A stretch of 59,010 bases of DNA from a virus. Its lineage: Duplodnaviria > Caudoviricetes. A program made the translations under genes and the position numbers. Under the pieces are notes generated by a model that was not told the origin of the DNA, made no database searches, and saw only the letters and a list, made by a program, of their open reading frames with translations. This document shows, one piece after another, positions 54,434 to 59,010 of this stretch (positions are counted from its first letter, which is position 1; the number at the start of each line of letters is the position of its first letter). Where the stretch lies: IMG/VR virus record IMGVR_UViG_3300030330_002105, positions 1 to 59,010 of that record. One strand, 5' to 3'.

Positions 54434-54434
54434 T

Positions 54435-54725
54435 ATGGCTAGTAAAAAAGATATGCCCTGTAATAAACCCAGACCTTCTACTAGGCCTGGTAAAAAACAA
54501 ATGGTAAAGGCGTGCCAGGGAGGTAAAGAAAAGCTTATACATTTCGGGGCTAAAGGGTATGGTCATAACTACTCAGACGCTGCACGTAAAAGCTTTAGGG
54601 CACGACATAAATGTGCATCAGCTACTAACAAATTATCGGCTAGGTATTGGGCCTGTAAAAAACTATGGGCTGGAAAGGGAGGATCCACTAAGTCATCACC
54701 AAAGGGTAGACAAGGTAAATACTAG
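54435..54725 (+). CDS. Small basic protein
   Basis: K.IHFG..GY....AARKSFRARHKC...SARYWA...LW motif. Confidence 0.65.
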   Translation: MASKKDMPCNKPRPSTRPGKKQMVKACQGGKEKLIHFGAKGYGHNYSDAARKSFRARHKCASATNKLSARYWACKKLWAGKGGSTKSSPKGRQGKY

Positions 54726-54726
54726 C

Positions 54727-55098
54727 ATGAAGATAAACGAGGATACAGAGGTTAAGTTAGACCTAAAGACGGTGGTAAGTATAATTACCATAACCGCTGC
54801 TTTTGTGGGAATGTATTTTACGTTAAAGTCCGATATTGAGGAGGCTAAAGATTTACCCATTAAAAGAATAGAGTACGATCTCCAGCACATGTCAATACTC
54901 GAAGATATAGACGAACTAGAGTTTCGTTTAGAACAATCCGAAGAATTAATAGAGACTATGTTTAGATTAGGCATAGAGTTAGACAAGGAGCTACATAAGA
55001 TTGACAACGACTATGAGAGTAACATGGACGATAAAATAAAACAATTAGAGGGTAAGATAAATTCTTCTAACAATAACAAGAGAAAGAAAAGAAAATAA
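54727..55098 (+). CDS. TM plus coiled-coil protein
   Basis: Start moved to ATG 54727; one TM then heptads. Confidence 0.6.
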   Translation: MKINEDTEVKLDLKTVVSIITITAAFVGMYFTLKSDIEEAKDLPIKRIEYDLQHMSILEDIDELEFRLEQSEELIETMFRLGIELDKELHKIDNDYESNMDDKIKQLEGKINSSNNNKRKKRK

Positions 55099-55123
55099 TT
55101 ATTACCTTTGTAAAAAATAAGTT

Positions 55124-55336
55124 ATGAATAAATATCAAGACAAGGAAGCGGCTATGGATGATTACTCTCACGAGAGAAAATTAAGAATAGACGGGAGATA
55201 CGAGGCGGCACATGGAAAGATGGCAGCTGCTAGACAAGATTTTGATCATGCTCACGCATTAAAAAAAGATGCAAACTACGACCACGAGTCTAGAAAGCAA
55301 TTTGACGATCATATACATAAAATGTTTAAAAGATAA
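55124..55336 (+). CDS. His/Asp-rich small protein
   Basis: TACCTTTG at 55103 upstream. Confidence 0.6.
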   Translation: MNKYQDKEAAMDDYSHERKLRIDGRYEAAHGKMAAARQDFDHAHALKKDANYDHESRKQFDDHIHKMFKR

Positions 55337-55363
55337 TAGTATAAATTATAAAAATTTTTAAAA

Positions 55364-55576
55364 ATGCCAACAGTAACATATAAACAAGGATATAACGACA
55401 GATTAGATGAGTCTTTAGGGGGTAAACACAAAGGACCTCATAGCCAATCATTAAAAGACAGAAGAGATGAATCTAAGGCGATGTCTAAAAAGATTTATGG
55501 TCATGCTTATGGTGGTGATCATGGGATGAAGTATGAAGGTGCTATCTCACATTTAAGGAAAATTATAAAAAAATAA
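55364..55576 (+). CDS. Small protein
   Basis: QGYNDRLDESLG...QSLKDRRDESK.M motif. Confidence 0.6.
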   Translation: MPTVTYKQGYNDRLDESLGGKHKGPHSQSLKDRRDESKAMSKKIYGHAYGGDHGMKYEGAISHLRKIIKK

Positions 55577-55577
55577 T

Positions 55578-55709
55578 ATGCCATTTAAAAAGGCTAATAA
55601 AGGCAAGTGTAAGGGTAAGTATGTAAGTCCACGTAACAAATGCTTTACTAAAAAACAGGTCGCTCTTTATTATGCTACAGATGGAACATTTAAAAAAAGT
55701 AAAAAATAA
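55578..55709 (+). CDS. 43-aa Lys-rich protein
   Basis: MPFKK...Y.SP....FTKKQV.LYYATDG. Confidence 0.6.
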   Translation: MPFKKANKGKCKGKYVSPRNKCFTKKQVALYYATDGTFKKSKK

Positions 55710-55715
55710 AACGTT

Positions 55716-55913
55716 ATGGCAACAAAAATGACAACAGGGAAAGGGCAATGTCCTTTAAGTAAAATTAAAGGAAAAGATGGAAAGTACATGAGAAAGATTA
55801 TGGTGTCTGGAAAATGTGTAGACCCTACTACCGTAAACCTAAGAAGAAAAGGTTCAGAGGAGTTAGGTAGACAGAGATCTCTCCAAGCAAAATTTGATAA
55901 AGAAAATAAATAA
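55716..55913 (+). CDS. Small basic protein
   Basis: Cluster-tiling ORF. Confidence 0.5.
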   Translation: MATKMTTGKGQCPLSKIKGKDGKYMRKIMVSGKCVDPTTVNLRRKGSEELGRQRSLQAKFDKENK

Positions 55914-55916
55914 TTT

Positions 55917-55942
55917 TGTAACATTTTTTTATTTTATGCGTA
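55917..55942 (+). promoter_or_regulatory. ECF-like promoter TGTAAC-N16-CGTA
   Basis: Directly upstream of 55975. Confidence 0.75.
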
Positions 55943-55974
55943 TAGGTTAATGTATTAACCAAAAAAAACGCACA

Positions 55975-56382
55975 ATGAAAAAACTAACATTATTATTTAA
56001 TTTGCTTTTATCAATAGGTATTTTTTCTCAAAATTCTAATTTACAACTTGAATTAATTAAACCATTAAAAAAGGCTTGTAAAAAAGGAAATCATTTTAAA
56101 CTTGAAAAGTTTTTTGTAAAAAAACATGGATGTAAAAAGTATGTCCTTGACGGTTATGAAATTTTTAAGAGTGATTACTTAGAGGATTACAATTATGTTT
56201 TTAGTAATATATCTTCGGATAAAGATTATTATAAAACAGTTTATTATGCAGTAACTAAGTTACTTAATCCTAAACAAGAAATTACTTATGAAACACATCC
56301 AAAATTTACCGCTATACATCAAATAGATAAGGAAGATAATTACCACGTGGTTTTTATTCTGGCCGATTTACCTCGGAATTAA
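55975..56382 (+). CDS. Secreted hypothetical protein (moron-like)
   Basis: Signal peptide MKKLTLLFNLLLSIGIFSQ; own promoter. Confidence 0.6.
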   Translation: MKKLTLLFNLLLSIGIFSQNSNLQLELIKPLKKACKKGNHFKLEKFFVKKHGCKKYVLDGYEIFKSDYLEDYNYVFSNISSDKDYYKTVYYAVTKLLNPKQEITYETHPKFTAIHQIDKEDNYHVVFILADLPRN

Positions 56383-56842
56383 ATCTTCGTATAGCGTGAC
56401 GATATATTTTATCCGTAGAGTTACATGTTCTATTGTTAAAGATAGGATTTCTTCGTGGCTCTTCGGATATTTTTTCTTCACCTCTTAGCTTTTTATATAT
56501 AGAATTAATTAGTTTCTTACCCTTATAGGATAACTCATATAGAGCCGCCTCTTTCCATGTTTTTTGTCTCCATTTTTTTAACCACCCATTCCTAAGTAGT
56601 TTATCAAACCGTTGCTTATCCCAACTCATTAACATACCATAGTGTTGACACTGAAGCCTAGTGAACAATCCCTCACTATATAAAAACAATAACATATCTA
56701 GATCAGCGGTGGTTAATTCATACTTAGCCTTTGCCCAGTAACGGACCACCCTCCAGTGCTTGAGATAATTAAATTCAGGTTCATACCTATCGTATACTTT
56801 TACGGGAGGTTTTCGTGTGCGTCTTTTTTTATATACCTTCAT
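56354..56842 (-). CDS. MarR-like winged-helix protein
   Basis: LT.ADLDMLLFLY...F..L...GWL......YELSYKGK; lone - strand gene in the + arm. Confidence 0.6.
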   Translation of the reverse strand: MKVYKKRRTRKPPVKVYDRYEPEFNYLKHWRVVRYWAKAKYELTTADLDMLLFLYSEGLFTRLQCQHYGMLMSWDKQRFDKLLRNGWLKKWRQKTWKEAALYELSYKGKKLINSIYKKLRGEEKISEEPRRNPIFNNRTCNSTDKIYRHAIRRFNSEVNRPE

Positions 56843-56847
56843 TATTT

Positions 56848-56876
56848 CAAAGATAGAAATTTTATTATTATCTTTG
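56848..56876. promoter_or_regulatory. Divergent pair of TATCTTTG -7 elements
   Basis: - strand 56848-56855 and + strand 56869-56876, 5 and 4 nt from their ATGs. Confidence 0.65.
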
Positions 56877-56880
56877 TCCT

Positions 56881-57072
56881 ATGAAATACGATAAATCACT
56901 AAATACTCAGAAACATCAAAGTCGTGGACTAGGAGACTCTATTGAAAAGTTTACTACAGCCACAGGAATAAAAGCTATAGTAGAAAAAGGATCTAGGGCT
57001 TTAGGAAAAGACTGTGGGTGTAAAGAAAGGCGTGATAAATTAAACGAGTTGTTCCCTTGGGGGAAAAAATAA
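56881..57072 (+). CDS. Small protein
   Basis: GLGD.IEK.T.ATGIK...DCGC..R...LN..FP motif. Confidence 0.65.
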   Translation: MKYDKSLNTQKHQSRGLGDSIEKFTTATGIKAIVEKGSRALGKDCGCKERRDKLNELFPWGKK

Positions 57073-57083
57073 AAAAATAAAAA

Positions 57084-57551
57084 ATGGCATATCAAAAATT
57101 ACAAGTAAGTAGGGCGATAGATGTTATAGCGAGTGCTACAGTAAACATTCCAAACCCAGGTGCTTTATCAATATCTAGTACTACTGATGGTGCTTCTGCT
57201 TTAAAGTTAATTGACTCAGCAGGAGATTTTATTAACAAGGGAGTAAAGGTAGGCGATATCGTTTATTCAGGATCTATTGCTGCACATGTTACATCTATTG
57301 ACAGTGCTACACAGCTAGGTGTTACTACTGCTGTAGCTTCAGGACAGGCATACAAAGTTTTTAGATCTACAGAGAATCCAAATAATGGGTGTGTATTATA
57401 CATAGGAGGTGCTGGAAATTTAGAGGTGCTAACTGCTGGAGGAGATACAATTGTATTCACAGGAGTTTTAGCAGGAACTTTTTTACCTGTTCAGGTAGTA
57501 AGAGTTTTAGCTGCAAGCACCACAGCGACAGGAATAATAGGCCTCTGGTAG
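57084..57551 (+). CDS. Virion structural protein
   Basis: LYIGGAGNL.V...G....F....AGTFLPVQV.RV beta-rich pattern. Confidence 0.6.
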   Translation: MAYQKLQVSRAIDVIASATVNIPNPGALSISSTTDGASALKLIDSAGDFINKGVKVGDIVYSGSIAAHVTSIDSATQLGVTTAVASGQAYKVFRSTENPNNGCVLYIGGAGNLEVLTAGGDTIVFTGVLAGTFLPVQVVRVLAASTTATGIIGLW

Positions 57552-57552
57552 T

Positions 57553-59010
57553 ATGTACATAGCTATTGGAAATATGATCACTTCATCGTCTCAAATGAAT
57601 GCTGCTGCTGCCTCTGGAGGTGGAGGTGGAGATTTTGAAAACGTATATTCTATGGCGTTTGATGGGGTAGATGATTATGTTGACGTTTTTGATTCTGTAA
57701 CTGTTCCAACTGCTTTTCAATCAATAGGCAATAGTAACTCTTATTCAATTAGTGCGTGGATAAAAACAACACAAAATGCTGTTGGTAAGTCCTTTTGGTT
57801 TAGTGGTGCAACTATTATAGAATTAAGAAATGAATATCCTGCTGGTTCTCACGTTCCTTTTAACTTTGGTATATCTTTTAATCCTAGTGGTGGTTATAGT
57901 TTTTTAACTTTTGGTAGAAGTAATAATTATTTAAATAGTGGTTATGAAGTTGTTTTTTCAACTGCTGATGTTAATGATGGTAACTGGCATCACGTAGCAA
58001 TTACAATAGATGTTAATGATTATATTTTCTATGTTGATGGCTCAACTGCTGGAAGTGGTACTTTCTCAACAGCAACAGGTGATTGTAGTGTTTCAACAAT
58101 TACTTCAAATATGCAAATAGGCTCAAGGTCAAGAGATGGTGGGCAAAAGGATAGAAATTTATTCGATGGACAAGTGGATGAACTTTCTATATTCAACTAC
58201 AAGTTAACCTCTGGAAATATAACTTCTATCTATAATTCAGGAGTTCCCAACAACCTCAACGATTTAACTACACCTCCAATAGCTTGGTATAGAATGGGTG
58301 AAAATGGAGTTTATAAATCTCCACAGTGGCTACTACCTGAGAATAGTAACAAGGATAAGGTGAGTAATTATAGTTTTGAATTTGATGGTGTGGATGATTA
58401 TGTAGATACTGGTGCAATAGATTTAGGTGAAACTAATACTATTTCTTTTTGGTTTAAAAACAATTCTGCAAATACAGGAAATGCAATAATTGGAGATGCT
58501 AACGATAATGTAGTTTATTTTCAATCTTCAAATTTATATTATTATCCTACAGGAAGCATAACAGGAAGAAAATTATTCTCAAGTACTAATATTTCAAGTG
58601 CTATGTCAGATACTACAAACTGGCACAATATAATATTTATTAGAAAAGCACCCACTAACGGAACTAATGGATATAATGATTTAGCTTGTTATTTAGATGG
58701 AAATTTAGAAGGAACTTTTGCGGATGTATATACTGCAAACATTAATTTAATTCCTGTTTATATTGGTAAAAGTGGAGCAGGGTTCCCATTATATGATGGT
58801 AACATTGATGAAGTTTCCTATTATAATAATGACCAAAGTAGCAACGTAAGTTCTATATATAATAGCGGAGTACCTACTACAATAACAGGAGCAGTAGCAC
58901 ATTATAAAATGGGTGAAGAAGCAACATTTAGCACTAACTGGACTGTACCTGATTCAGTTGGAAGTGCAGATGGAATTTCAGCAAATATGACAATAGATGA
59001 CAGAGTAGGT
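57553..59010 (+). CDS. Two-LamG domain fibre / receptor-binding protein, 3' truncated (not in ORF track)
   Basis: MYIAIGN...SMAFDGVDDY...AWYRMGENG.YKSPQWLLPENSN...ANMTIDDRVG; paralog of 47..1525. Confidence 0.85.
   Translation, partial: MYIAIGNMITSSSQMNAAAASGGGGGDFENVYSMAFDGVDDYVDVFDSVTVPTAFQSIGNSNSYSISAWIKTTQNAVGKSFWFSGATIIELRNEYPAGSHVPFNFGISFNPSGGYSFLTFGRSNNYLNSGYEVVFSTADVNDGNWHHVAITIDVNDYIFYVDGSTAGSGTFSTATGDCSVSTITSNMQIGSRSRDGGQKDRNLFDGQVDELSIFNYKLTSGNITSIYNSGVPNNLNDLTTPPIAWYRMGENGVYKSPQWLLPENSNKDKVSNYSFEFDGVDDYVDTGAIDLGETNTISFWFKNNSANTGNAIIGDANDNVVYFQSSNLYYYPTGSITGRKLFSSTNISSAMSDTTNWHNIIFIRKAPTNGTNGYNDLACYLDGNLEGTFADVYTANINLIPVYIGKSGAGFPLYDGNIDEVSYYNNDQSSNVSSIYNSGVPTTITGAVAHYKMGEEATFSTNWTVPDSVGSADGISANMTIDDRVG

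Larger units (their letters stand above)
1..59010. mobile_element. Near-complete circularly permuted tailed phage genome (podovirus-like, Bacteroidota host inferred)
   Basis: Terminase-portal-scaffold-capsid-tail-ejection block, lysis cassette and replication module are all present; the ORF running off the right end appears to continue in nt 1-36; no host housekeeping flanks. Confidence 0.95.

Noticed and set aside
1-59010. Stop-codon reassignment as in some crAss-like phages
   Set aside because: Long genes are intact in the standard code and TAA, TAG and TGA all end well-tiled genes
1-59010. Integrase or lysogeny module
   Set aside because: No tyrosine or serine recombinase or CI/Cro pair recognised

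Overview
This window is an essentially complete, circularly permuted ~59 kb AT-rich tailed-phage genome with podovirus-type organisation. The host is inferred to be Bacteroidota (probably Flavobacteriia) from recurrent TAnnTTTG promoters, a BACON-like domain and a T9SS-cargo-like gene. The + strand (50.3 kb to the end, continuing 1-33.6 kb) carries GroEL/GroES, a cluster of small basic proteins, tandem LamG receptor-binding genes, a lysis cassette, terminase, portal, scaffold, capsid, tail and ejection proteins. The - strand (49.5 kb down to 33.7 kb) carries an array of small putative early genes, then Sak/exonuclease/SSB, primase-helicase, a DnaA-domain-IV protein, SF2 helicase, VRR-NUC nuclease and a metallophosphoesterase. 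I recognised no DNA polymerase, RNA polymerase, sigma factor, integrase, tRNA or CRISPR array. The most striking unexplained signal is a regulatory circuit. Nine ECF-sigma-like promoters (TG[T/A]AAC-N16/17-CGT[A/T]) are present, and seven of them drive the early gene array, whose genes share a conserved leader. One further copy, inside the capsid operon, drives a ~70-nt terminator-bounded non-coding RNA that is antisense to that shared leader and start codon. Other signals are a duplicated oriC-like element (DnaA-box-like iterons plus an IHF-like site), 21-bp-phased operator arrays, a structured GC-rich ncRNA candidate and modular LamG fibres. All functional calls come from motif recognition by eye; no searches were run.
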